NCBI GenBank assembly: GCA_965197905.1 | Contig: CBDAOB010000005.1 | Span: 1,216,001 to 1,280,000 of the forward strand | Direction: 5' to 3' | Length of the DNA: 64,000 nucleotides | Origin: Candidatus Latescibacterota bacterium | Lineage (GTDB): Bacteria > Latescibacterota > UBA2968 > UBA8231 | Shown: one piece after another, positions 8,837 to 18,287 of the stretch | How the letters are laid out: every line of letters begins with the position of its first letter | How positions within the stretch are numbered: position 1 is the first letter of the stretch | Program-made: the position numbers and the translations under genes | The notes under the pieces: model-generated | What the model saw: only the letters and a program-made list of their open reading frames with translations | What the model was told of the DNA's origin: nothing | The model's database searches: none

Positions 8837-10326
8837 CATCAGGCGGGGTCACCAGGCGTGTAGCTACCGTTGCCGCCGGCAGGACCGCGAACGTTGTCAG
8901 CCTGGTTCTGGTCAATGCCATTCTCGCGCGTGGTTGGCCGATGGAACAGGTGGGGGTCGTCCTCACTCTCCTGGTACTGGTAAACTCCCTGCTGCCTCTG
9001 TTTCAGCTGGGTTTACCTACGAGTCTACTCTTCTTTTTCCCTCGAAAAAGCCATCAAGGTCAGCTAGAAATGACGCTGCAGACCGTGCTGCTTCTCGCCG
9101 TATCCGGTCTGGCCATCTCTCTCGCTCTCTATCTAGTCGGAACCCCTATTGCGCGTTTGCTCGGCGTCGCAGAGCCCAGCGGAATCCGGGGATATCTGTT
9201 GCCCTTTCTCCCTTTTGCTTTCGCTACGGTTGCCGGTGGATTCGCCGATGCGGTTCTAGTAGCAACAACCCGTACCCAATGGATGGCCGCACTTTCCATA
9301 GTGCATGCGTTGGTCTCGGTCATGGTCATCGGTGTTGCAGCGATCTACAGCCGGCCCCTCTCTGAGCTGTTGGCGCTCTTCTCCCTCGTGGCTGTGGCGA
9401 GGCTCGTCGTCGGCGTTGTGTTGGTCACGCGGGCAATGGACGGTCTCGAGGGCCGCTGGCGCCTGACCGCAACCGGTTTGTCGGCGTATCTCAAATACAC
9501 CATCGCCATCGGGTTGACAGACGCGATCGGAGGGTTGTCCCGCTTTGTCGACCGATACGTGGTGCTCTTCTTCTTCACGGCCACCACCTTCTCGCTCTAC
9601 CAGTTCGGAGCCCTGGAGGTCCCGGTAGGCATTCTGGTCACTGCCGTCGCCACGGTACTCGTTCCCGAAGTAAGCAAACGCTACGCCGATAGCCGCCAAG
9701 TTGAAATCGCCGAACTGTGGAAACATTCGGTGCGAAAGCTCGCCTTGATCGTGCTGCCCCTCTTCTGTTTCCTCTTTGTATTCTCCGGACCCCTCTTCGA
9801 ACTGTATTTACCGAACGAGTACGCCCGGAGTGAGTGGGTGTTCAGGATTTTCCTGGTGGCGCTGCCCCTCCGCTGCGCGACCTACAATGCTCTTCTAGTG
9901 GGTATGGGCAAAGCGACCTGGGCCATGTGGGGAAGCTTCTTGGACTTGGTGCTCAATCTCGCGTTCAGCGTTCTCATGGTAATATGGTTGCTCGAGAAAG
10001 CACCCCACTATGCCTTTATGGCACCAGCGGCGGCAACGGTTGTAGCCACGTTTGTGCAAGTTGCATTGCTCGTCGTCTCGATAGGTTGGCATTTGAAGTG
10101 GCCCTTTTTTGCGCTGCTCCCCTGGGGCCGCCTGGCCGGCGTGCTCGGGATCTCATGTGGCGCCGCCCTGCTCGCCTGGTTTGCGGCCGCGGGGGTTAGT
10201 ATGGCGATAATGAAGATGGTGGTCGGTGGTGTCGTATTTTCCGTGGCCCTGGCGTTCCTCTACGGAATCGTGCCGTCCATCAGGACGGAGCTGAAGCAAG
10301 TCTGGATGGGTATCCGTGCTCATTGA
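8833..10326 (+). CDS. Oligosaccharide flippase (Wzx/MOP superfamily)
   Basis: ATG at 8833 overlaps the upstream stop (ATGA); about 12-14 hydrophobic segments; 'LGLP.SL.FF.P' and 'VDRY.V' typical of polysaccharide biosynthesis flippases. Confidence 0.8.
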   Translation: MTSGGVTRRVATVAAGRTANVVSLVLVNAILARGWPMEQVGVVLTLLVLVNSLLPLFQLGLPTSLLFFFPRKSHQGQLEMTLQTVLLLAVSGLAISLALYLVGTPIARLLGVAEPSGIRGYLLPFLPFAFATVAGGFADAVLVATTRTQWMAALSIVHALVSVMVIGVAAIYSRPLSELLALFSLVAVARLVVGVVLVTRAMDGLEGRWRLTATGLSAYLKYTIAIGLTDAIGGLSRFVDRYVVLFFFTATTFSLYQFGALEVPVGILVTAVATVLVPEVSKRYADSRQVEIAELWKHSVRKLALIVLPLFCFLFVFSGPLFELYLPNEYARSEWVFRIFLVALPLRCATYNALLVGMGKATWAMWGSFLDLVLNLAFSVLMVIWLLEKAPHYAFMAPAAATVVATFVQVALLVVSIGWHLKWPFFALLPWGRLAGVLGISCGAALLAWFAAAGVSMAIMKMVVGGVVFSVALAFLYGIVPSIRTELKQVWMGIRAH

Positions 10327-12894
10327 CAGCGACTCAGTGGGAAGCAAGAAATGGGTCTACCTCGCCATCCTCTCGATTGTGGCTGCCGGATGCGTGACCT
10401 ATTCCAACTCTTTCCACAACAGCTTTCACTACGACGACGAACACTCGATCATCGAGAATCCGAACATTCGAAGCTTGACCAATATCCCGCAGTTTCTTGT
10501 CGATGCGGGCGCCTTTTCCGGATTGGACGAGGCCAGAATGTACCGTCCGCTATTGTTGGTCACACTCTCCCTCAACTACGCCTTCGGCGAATATGAGCCC
10601 CCCGGCTATCACCTGGTCAACCTGCTTTTCACATCTGCAACTCGGTTCTGCTCTGGGTTCTGGCTGCCCGGTTAGGGGCGGGACGGGGTGAGGCCCTCTT
10701 GGTGGCGCTGCTTTTCGTCGTTCATCCAATGGCTACGGAGCCGGTCAACTACATCAGCAGCCGTTCATCTCTTATGGCGGCGCTCTGCTGCTTGTTCGGA
10801 ATGGTTCTACTGACGCGACCCCATTCGCGGGGTATCGTATGGATCGCTTCGATTAGCGCATGGTATCTAGGGGGGTTGGCATCGAAGGCCGTGGCCACCA
10901 GCTTCCCGGTGATCGCTGCCGTCTATCTCTGGGGCCGTTCACGGTTGAGGTATTGGTACCTACCGGCAATACTCGTGGGCATCACCGTGGTCTATATGGT
11001 CGGCACCCGAGCGATCATCTCCAAAGCGATCTTCGAACCGGTACGCACGCTCGGCGTGCAGGCGGCGACGCAGGCGAAGGCCTTCGTGTTCTACATCTGG
11101 ACCGTCGTCATGCCGGTTCGCCAAAGCGTCGAGCCCCAGTTCGACATGGCAACCGATTGGCTCGAAACACCAGTCGTGACGGCGCTGGCGTTCGGCTTGA
11201 CCCTAATCCTGGTGGCTTGTCAAATGGCATCGCGCCACCGGATGATCCTGCCCACCGTCTGGTTTTTCGTCGCTCTGCTGCCGTCTTCGGCGATTCCCCT
11301 GAACGTCCTGGTGAACGAACATCGTCTCTACCTTTCCATGGCTGGCTTCGCGCTGATACTGGGAGTCCTTTTCTCGATGGGGCGACTCAAGGGTATCATC
11401 GTGCTGATCCTGCCGCTGTTGATGGCCCTGAGCGTCCAGCGCAACACGGTCTGGCGCGACGGGGAAACGCTTTGGGGGGACGCGGTTGCCAAAGGACCTG
11501 GCATGGCTCGTCCACACGTAAACCTGGGAAAAGCGTACATAGAGGCGGGCCGGTTTCGCGAGGCTATCGCCGAAAGCCGCCGGGCACTGGAGATCAATGC
11601 CGGGTTGCCGAGGGCGTATTACAATGTCGGTTGGGCGCATCACAGTCTAGAGGAGCTGGAACTCGCCGCTGCTCACTACAAGCGGGCTATCGAGCTAGAG
11701 CCGAAGTTGATTGAAGCATACAACAACCTGGGCAATGTGTATCAGGAACAGGGACGACCTGACAGAGCGTTCGCAACCTATTACAAAGCCCTGGAGTTTC
11801 GGCCGGTTCGGCAGATATATCATAATCTGGGCAATGCGTTTTTACGACACGGTGAGCCGGATTCTGCACGAATAGCCTTTGAGCAGGCGATTCAGCTCGA
11901 TCCCGACAGACAAGGTTCCAAGGAATCCTACAAGGGGCTGGCCAAGGCGCTTCGCGACGGAGAGCGTCACGAGTCGGCGTTGGCCACGTTGCTGAAAGCC
12001 CAGGCACTGTGGCCGCTGGAGCGCCCATTCAAGGTGCTCGAGGGTTCGGTCTATGCCGCCATGGGTGACGACGCGGCGGCCACCCGCGCCCTGATTGCCG
12101 CCGGTCTGGACACCGTGGAGGTTCAACTGAGCCTGGGGGACGAAGCGCGAAAACGAAGAGATTGGAAACGGGCGTTGGGGCACTATGAATTCGCTCTCGA
12201 TGCTGGTTCCAGGGATGCTCGAGTCTACAACGCCCGCGGCGAGGCTCTTTTTGCCACCGGCGATTTGGATGGGGCTCTGGAAGATTTCCGTACCGCCGCC
12301 CGAACCGATCCAGAGCTCGCTGCTGCCTACACCAACATCGGCCGCGTGCAGTTGGCCCGGGGCCGTGATGTCGAAGCGGCAGCAGCCCTGGAGCGTACCC
12401 TGGATTTCGAAACGGACAATCCGCGGGTTTTTGAGCTTCTTGGAAAAGCGTACGCATTGTCGGGCAAAACAGCTGCCGCGGTGGAGGTGTTTGGCCAGGC
12501 CATCGCTCTGGATCCTGAGTCACCCGACTCATACACCAACTTGGGTCTGCTGTACAACCAGTCGGGCGACGAACGACGGGCGGAGGAGATGTATCAAAAG
12601 GCGCTGGCTGTGGAGTCCGAACACGTTGCCGCCCTCTACAACCTGGGACCCCTTTCCCTGCAACAAGGTAAACTGACCGCTGCCATGGAGCTGCTGCGAA
12701 AGGTGGTGGCTGCTGACGATCGTCATGAGGACGCTTACATGAATCTTGCCGCTGCCCATATTCAGGTAGGGGACCGGGGTGGGGCGGTCGAGGCGCTCGA
12801 GCATTTCCTGGCACTGCACGGAACAGCCGACGAGTTGGGTGGCCGGATCGAGGTACAGCTGCACACCTTGAAATCGGGCATCGAGGCGGAATAG
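10316..12894 (+). CDS. TMTC-like membrane protein O-mannosyltransferase (GT-C) with a long TPR array; frameshifted near 10630
   Basis: 'F.YDD', 'YRPL', 'YHLVNL(L)H', 'LF..HP..TE.V.YIS.RS', 'EHRLYL', 'RN.VW.D...LW', then more than 10 TPRs. One base is missing at ctt-ttc-ac; restoring it gives ...NLLFHICNSVLLWVLAARLG... Confidence 0.85.
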
Positions 12895-12935
12895 CCGATT
12901 CCTCCTCCCCCAGCATGAGACAAGGAGGGGTTGAC

Positions 12936-13409
12936 ATGGATCTACCGAAAGCCATATCGACGCTACTGGAGCCGTTGTTTTCAGAGTACCCGCCCGACCG
13001 CGCGATGCAGCAGCTCGTTGTGCGCGAACCGGCGTCGGGTTTCTTGGGTTTGGTCGAGGGGCTTGTGAAAGAATCGGGAAATCAGTTGCCAACCCCATTG
13101 TACTCTGCTCTGTGGCTCTACGTGGATGACCTGAACCGCAGCCACACCATTTCCCAGGGCATACAAAGCGCCACAGGGTCTTTCTGGCACGGGATCATGC
13201 ACCGCAGGGAGGGCGACTTTTCCAACAGTCACTATTGGTTCAATAAGGTTGGAGAACATCCGGCGATGTCGCGGATCGATGGGTACGATGCCCACGATTT
13301 CATCGACGCGGTAGAATTGAATAGCGGCAGTCAATCTGCTGAGCTGGTAGCCCGCCAACAGGCTGAGTGGCAGGCGCTATTTTCGTGGTGCGCTGAGAAT
13401 CCGGAGTGA
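12936..13409 (+). CDS. Conserved hypothetical alpha-helical protein
   Basis: AGGAGG RBS before ATG 12936; motif 'SH.ISQ...GSFWHGIMHRREGDFSNS.YWF'. Confidence 0.75.
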   Translation: MDLPKAISTLLEPLFSEYPPDRAMQQLVVREPASGFLGLVEGLVKESGNQLPTPLYSALWLYVDDLNRSHTISQGIQSATGSFWHGIMHRREGDFSNSHYWFNKVGEHPAMSRIDGYDAHDFIDAVELNSGSQSAELVARQQAEWQALFSWCAENPE

Positions 13410-13476
13410 GCAGATGCCGGGTTGCGATGGTTAGCGGGCACCTTCTATATTCTTGGATTTCCGCGGAGTGAGCACG

Positions 13477-14772
13477 TTGGCAGAGACTATAGGTGTGGGT
13501 CTCATTGGTCTTGGCACGGTTGGCACCGGGGTCGTCCATCTGCTGCTGCAGCGGTCGGAGAGCCACCGCCCGACGGATGTAGGGTTCTGCATACGCCGTG
13601 TAGCCGTACGCGACAGGACGAAATCGCGTGGGGTCGATCTCGACGCGGGGCTGCTGACAGAGGACCCCACGGCGGTCATTGATGACCCTTCTGTCGATCT
13701 CGTCGTCGAACTCTCCGGCGACGCGGAGGCCCGCTCCTGGATAGCACGGGCACTCGATCAGGGTAAGGATACGGTGACGGCCAACAAGGCCGTTGTTGCC
13801 GAATTCGGTGAGGAGCTCTTCGATCGCGCCCAAGCCAGTGGCGCCGATCTCATGTTCGAAGCGAGCGTCGCGGGTGGCATTCCGATCATTCGCTCGATGC
13901 GCTCGGGGTTGGCGGCCAATCGGGTGGAATCGATCCACGGAATCCTCAACGGCACCACCAACTACATTCTCACCCAAATGACCCGAGGCACCGGAGACTA
14001 TGGGGAGAGTCTGGAGTTGGCCAAGCAGAACGGCTTTGCAGAATCGGACCCGACCATGGATCTAAACGGCATGGATGCGGCGCAAAAACTAGCTATCCTG
14101 TGCCGCATTGCGTTTGGCACGAATGCCTCCGGATCCGAGATAGCGCGGTCGGGCATCGAAGGCATCAGCCGCGCCGATATCGAGTACGCCAGGGAGCTCG
14201 GCTACGTAATCAAGCTGCTCGCCATTGGCAAGCGGCGCGACGACCAGATCGAAGCCCGGGTGCATCCAGCCATGATTTCGCAGGATTCAGTGCTGGCCAA
14301 CATCCACGATGAGTACAACGGCATCGAGGTGGTTGGCAGCGCGGTGGGAACTCAGGTGTTCACCGGGAAGGGGGCTGGGCAGATGCCCACGGCAAGCGCT
14401 GTGGTGGCGGATATGATCGAGGTGGCCCAGCGCCGGAGTTCCGGAGCTCGTTCGGGTGTAGGTGATTTGCTTCCAGGGCGCGGCGCCTTGAGGCTGGCGG
14501 ACAGCGCGCAGATGGAATCGCGATTCTACCTGCGGCTAGTGGTGGCCGATCGACCCGGAGTGCTCGAGCTTATCGCCAAGATACTGGCCAGCCAACAAAT
14601 CAGCATCGCTTCGGTCTTGCAAAAGGAACGCGATCTGCAAGGCGGTGCCGTGCCGCTGATTATCGTGACCCACGAAGCCAGCGAAGCAGCCATGCAGAAC
14701 GGTCGGGAGGAGATGAATCGACTGAACGAGGTGCAGGAGGATGTACAGTTGATCCGCATCGAAGCGACATGA
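13477..14772 (+). CDS. hom: Homoserine dehydrogenase with C-terminal ACT domain
   Basis: 'GLGTVG', 'VTANK', 'EASVAGGIP', 'GILNGTTNYIL', 'G.AE.DPT.D..G.DAA.K', 'GAG..PTASAV', ACT 'DRPGVL'. Start TTG 13477 (GGAG upstream) or 13453. Confidence 0.95.
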   Translation: MAETIGVGLIGLGTVGTGVVHLLLQRSESHRPTDVGFCIRRVAVRDRTKSRGVDLDAGLLTEDPTAVIDDPSVDLVVELSGDAEARSWIARALDQGKDTVTANKAVVAEFGEELFDRAQASGADLMFEASVAGGIPIIRSMRSGLAANRVESIHGILNGTTNYILTQMTRGTGDYGESLELAKQNGFAESDPTMDLNGMDAAQKLAILCRIAFGTNASGSEIARSGIEGISRADIEYARELGYVIKLLAIGKRRDDQIEARVHPAMISQDSVLANIHDEYNGIEVVGSAVGTQVFTGKGAGQMPTASAVVADMIEVAQRRSSGARSGVGDLLPGRGALRLADSAQMESRFYLRLVVADRPGVLELIAKILASQQISIASVLQKERDLQGGAVPLIIVTHEASEAAMQNGREEMNRLNEVQEDVQLIRIEAT

Positions 14773-15965
14773 AGTACGTAGTTATCGTTCCCGACGGCGC
14801 GGCTGATTACCCGGTCGCCGAGATCCAGGGTCGGACGCCCCTGGAGGCGGCCTCCCTGCCGAACACCGATCGCCTGGCTGCGGAAGGTTCGGGGGGGTTA
14901 GTGAAGGTGATCCCCGACGCTCGTCATGCCGGCAGCGACATCGGCAACCTCGAGCTTTTCGGGTACGACAGCTTGGTCGACTATACGGGCAGGGCTCCGC
15001 TCGAAGCTAAAAGCATGGGGATAGAGCTGGAAAAGGACGGGATAGCGTTCAGGTGCAATTTGATCAACCTGCGGGAGGAGGTTCTTCACGACTACAGTGC
15101 AGGGCACATCTCCACGCCCGAAGCAGACGAGCTGATTCAGCTTCTGAACCAGGAGTTGGGGAGCCGCCAGATTCGATTCTACACGGGGGTGGGGTACCGC
15201 CATTTAATGATCTACGAAGGCGGTCCGGAACACCTGGAGACTCATGCCCCTCACGATATCATGGGCAGGAAGATCGCCAACAATTTGCCTGCCGGCGGCG
15301 GCCAGGAATTGGTAAGGGATCTCATGGACAGAGGTGCAGACATTCTGTCTGGTGCCGCGGTCAATCGGAAACGCGAGTCAGCCGGAGAGCTGGCGGCGAA
15401 TGGCATCTGGCTGTGGGGTTCGGGTCGCGCACTGCAGCTGGAGAAGATGCACAGCAAATTCGGCATATCCGGTGCCGTCATCTCCGCTGTGGATTTGGTA
15501 CGCGGTATCGGACTTACTGCCGGATTGGAGATCGTGGACGTCCCGGGAATTACCGGTTACACCGATACCAACTACAAAGGTAAGAGCCAGTACGCCCTCG
15601 AAGCCTTGAGAAAATACGATCTCGTTTATGTGCACGTCGAGGCTCCGGACGAAGCGGGTCACAACGGCGACCTGGACGCCAAGATAGGCGCGCTGGAGGA
15701 TATAGATCGGCACGTCGTTGGGCCTCTGGCTGACGGGGTGGTCCAGCTAGGCGATTGTCGAATCCTGCTGTCGCCCGATCATCGGACGCCCCTCGAGCTC
15801 CGCACACACAGTCGGGAACCAGTACCGTTCCTTCTTTGGGGTACCGGGGTGTCGCCCGACGACATCCGTCGATACGATGAAAGAGAAGCGGAGCGGGGGT
15901 CACTTCAGGTCGAAGCCGGACACCGCTTGATGGAGTTGTTGGTCCGCGGAGCAACCAATGTCTGA
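14769..15965 (+). CDS. Cofactor-independent phosphoglycerate mutase (ApgM-like) family; candidate alternative homoserine kinase
   Basis: 'PDG.AD', 'TPLE', 'GSD', 'GRAPLEA', 'AFRCN', 'GYRH', 'HVEAPDEAGH', 'PDH.TP...THS.EPVP'; translationally coupled to hom. Confidence 0.9.
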   Translation: MKYVVIVPDGAADYPVAEIQGRTPLEAASLPNTDRLAAEGSGGLVKVIPDARHAGSDIGNLELFGYDSLVDYTGRAPLEAKSMGIELEKDGIAFRCNLINLREEVLHDYSAGHISTPEADELIQLLNQELGSRQIRFYTGVGYRHLMIYEGGPEHLETHAPHDIMGRKIANNLPAGGGQELVRDLMDRGADILSGAAVNRKRESAGELAANGIWLWGSGRALQLEKMHSKFGISGAVISAVDLVRGIGLTAGLEIVDVPGITGYTDTNYKGKSQYALEALRKYDLVYVHVEAPDEAGHNGDLDAKIGALEDIDRHVVGPLADGVVQLGDCRILLSPDHRTPLELRTHSREPVPFLLWGTGVSPDDIRRYDEREAERGSLQVEAGHRLMELLVRGATNV

Positions 15966-15991
15966 ACGAGCTACCAGCCGATGGTGACCGT

Positions 15992-17209
15992 ATGGCGTTG
16001 ATCGTTCAGAAATACGGCGGCACGTCGGTTGCGACTCCCGAGCTTATCCGCAGAGTGGCGGAACGTATCGTTGCTCGCAATAAGGCCGGCGACCGCATGG
16101 TGGTGGTTGTTTCCGCCATGGGCGACACGACCAACGAGCTCGAAGCGCTGGCGCGAAAGGTGACCCGACGTCCCTCCGACCGTGAGATGGATATGCTAAT
16201 GGCGTCCGGAGAGCGGATTTCAATGTCTCTTCTGTCGATGGCGGTAAATGATCTGGGGGTGGAAGCGGTATCTCTGACCGGCGGCCAAAGCGGAATTATT
16301 ACCGATACCGCCCATCGGAAAGCGCGGATTCTTGACATCAAGGTCGATCGCATGTTGGCGGAATTGGAAATGGGTCGGGTGCTGATCGTGGCCGGTTTCC
16401 AGGGCGTCACCACCGACGCCGAGGAAACGACCCTGGGCAGGGGAGGTTCGAACCTCACCGCCGTGGCTCTGGCTTACGCCCTGGGGGCAGACGTATGTGA
16501 GATGAATACCGACGTAGACGGCATCTATACGGCAGATCCCCGAGTCGTCCCTGACGCACGAAAGCTGGATCTCGTTACTCCGGAGGAGATGCTCGAGATG
16601 GCCGGTGCCGGAGCTCGCGTTTTGCAGTCGCGCTCCGTCGAATTCGCCGAAAAGTACGGGGTTACCATCGCTGTCCGTTCGAGTTTTAACGAAAACCCTG
16701 GAACGTTGATAAAGGAGACAAAAGAGATGGAGGAGGTACTGGTGCGGGGTGTCGCGCACGAGCTGGATGCCGCCAAGATTACGGTTCGGCACGTCACTGA
16801 CAGGCCGGGAATAGCGGCAAAGCTGTTCGGCTCGCTCGCGCAACGCCACGTCAACGTCGACATGATCATTCAGAATACCAGCGAGGCGGGTTCGACAGAT
16901 GTCTCCTTCACCGTGCAGAACGAGGACCTCGATAAAGCGTTGGACGTGTGTGCCGGCGTCCAGAAGGAACTGGGTGCCGAAGAGGTGGTTGCCGATTCCG
17001 ACATCGCCAAGGTGTCCGTGGTTGGAGTGGGGATGAAGAGCCATGCGGGGGTGGCGGCGAGCATGTTCGAAGCGCTGGCGACGGCAAACATTAACATTCA
17101 TATGATCAGCACCTCGGAGATCAAAATCTCCGTCGTGGTTCGTGAAGCCGACGCAGAGCCCGCCGTGCGTGTGTTGCACAACGCTTTTAAATTGGCTGAG
17201 GCGAGTTGA
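15992..17209 (+). CDS. lysC: Aspartate kinase (alpha/beta type, two ACT domains)
   Basis: 'VQKYGGTSV', 'VVSAMG.TT', 'AGFQG', 'TLGRGGS', 'TDVDG.YTADPR', 'DRPGIA', 'STSEIKIS'. Confidence 0.95.
   Translation: MALIVQKYGGTSVATPELIRRVAERIVARNKAGDRMVVVVSAMGDTTNELEALARKVTRRPSDREMDMLMASGERISMSLLSMAVNDLGVEAVSLTGGQSGIITDTAHRKARILDIKVDRMLAELEMGRVLIVAGFQGVTTDAEETTLGRGGSNLTAVALAYALGADVCEMNTDVDGIYTADPRVVPDARKLDLVTPEEMLEMAGAGARVLQSRSVEFAEKYGVTIAVRSSFNENPGTLIKETKEMEEVLVRGVAHELDAAKITVRHVTDRPGIAAKLFGSLAQRHVNVDMIIQNTSEAGSTDVSFTVQNEDLDKALDVCAGVQKELGAEEVVADSDIAKVSVVGVGMKSHAGVAASMFEALATANINIHMISTSEIKISVVVREADAEPAVRVLHNAFKLAEAS
16727..17209 (+). CDS. Probable aspartate kinase beta subunit from an internal in-frame start
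   Basis: AAGGAG at 16712-16717 precedes in-frame ATG (MEEVLVRG, codon 246) at the start of the ACT region, the arrangement known from Bacillus AKII and Corynebacterium lysC. Confidence 0.65.
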   Translation: MEEVLVRGVAHELDAAKITVRHVTDRPGIAAKLFGSLAQRHVNVDMIIQNTSEAGSTDVSFTVQNEDLDKALDVCAGVQKELGAEEVVADSDIAKVSVVGVGMKSHAGVAASMFEALATANINIHMISTSEIKISVVVREADAEPAVRVLHNAFKLAEAS

Positions 17210-17224
17210 TATCCGGAGGATCTA

Positions 17225-18256
17225 ATGGCAAGGCAATACAGAGTTGGGATAATGGGAGCCACAGGAGCGGTGGGGCAAGTAATGCTCGAGATTCTGAAGG
17301 AACGGCGTTTCCCACTCTCCGAGTTACGGTTGTTGGCTTCCCATAGATCGGCTGGACAGAGGGTCGAATTTTGCGGCCAGGAGTTGGTGGTGCAGGAGCT
17401 GGCGGTGGACTCGTTCGGAGGCCTCGACCTCGTCTTGGCCTCGGCGGGCGGCAAGCTGTCCAAGGAGTACAATCCACACGCCGTGAAGGCGGGGGCTGTG
17501 GTGGTGGATAACACCTCCGCGTTTCGGATGGATCCCGACGTGCCGCTGGTGGTGCCCGAAGTCAACGAGGCCGACCTCGCCGACCATAATGGCATTATCG
17601 CCAACCCTAACTGTTCCACGATTATCATGGTGGTCGCGATCTGGCCTCTTCATACAGTGGTTCCAGTCAGGCGCATGGTCGTATCCACCTATCAGGCGGT
17701 CAGTGGCGCCGGGGCGCGAGCGATGGACGAGCTCAGCGAGCAATTGCGGCAGGTTTTGGCCGGTGCTCCTGTAGAGCCGAAGGAATTTTCTCACCAGATC
17801 GCGCTGAATCTTTTTTCTCACGATTCGGACATCGGCCCTGAGGGATATTGTGAGGAGGAGATGAAGATGGTGAAGGAGACCCGCAAGATGTTCCATCGCG
17901 ATGATCTGAACATCACCGCGACGACCATACGCGTCCCGGTGATGCGGGCTCATTCCGAAGCGATCAATCTGGAATTTGAAATGCCGATGGAGGTCGAGGA
18001 AGCGCGATCCATCCTCGCTCGAGCACCTGGCGTGAAGATCGTTGATGATCGCGAAAGGAACTATTTCCCTATGCCGATCGAGGCCTCTGGCCAGGACGAG
18101 GTCTTGGTGGGGCGTATCCGGCAGGACATTTCCCAGGCCGACAACATGGGTCTCGATCTATGGGTCAGTGGCGATCAACTGCGGAAGGGTGCGGCGCTGA
18201 ACGCCGTTCAGATAGCTGAGCGGCTGGCGGATATGAAGGTGCTGCGGGCGGCGTAA
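17225..18256 (+). CDS. asd: Aspartate-semialdehyde dehydrogenase
   Basis: 'GATGAVG', 'DN.SAFRM', 'PEVN', 'IIANPNCST', 'STYQAVSGAG', 'RVPV..AHS', 'D.LRKGAALNAVQIAE'. Confidence 0.96.
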   Translation: MARQYRVGIMGATGAVGQVMLEILKERRFPLSELRLLASHRSAGQRVEFCGQELVVQELAVDSFGGLDLVLASAGGKLSKEYNPHAVKAGAVVVDNTSAFRMDPDVPLVVPEVNEADLADHNGIIANPNCSTIIMVVAIWPLHTVVPVRRMVVSTYQAVSGAGARAMDELSEQLRQVLAGAPVEPKEFSHQIALNLFSHDSDIGPEGYCEEEMKMVKETRKMFHRDDLNITATTIRVPVMRAHSEAINLEFEMPMEVEEARSILARAPGVKIVDDRERNYFPMPIEASGQDEVLVGRIRQDISQADNMGLDLWVSGDQLRKGAALNAVQIAERLADMKVLRAA

Positions 18257-18287
18257 CGGGTCGGCTGGTGAGACGTGGAAGCTGAAT

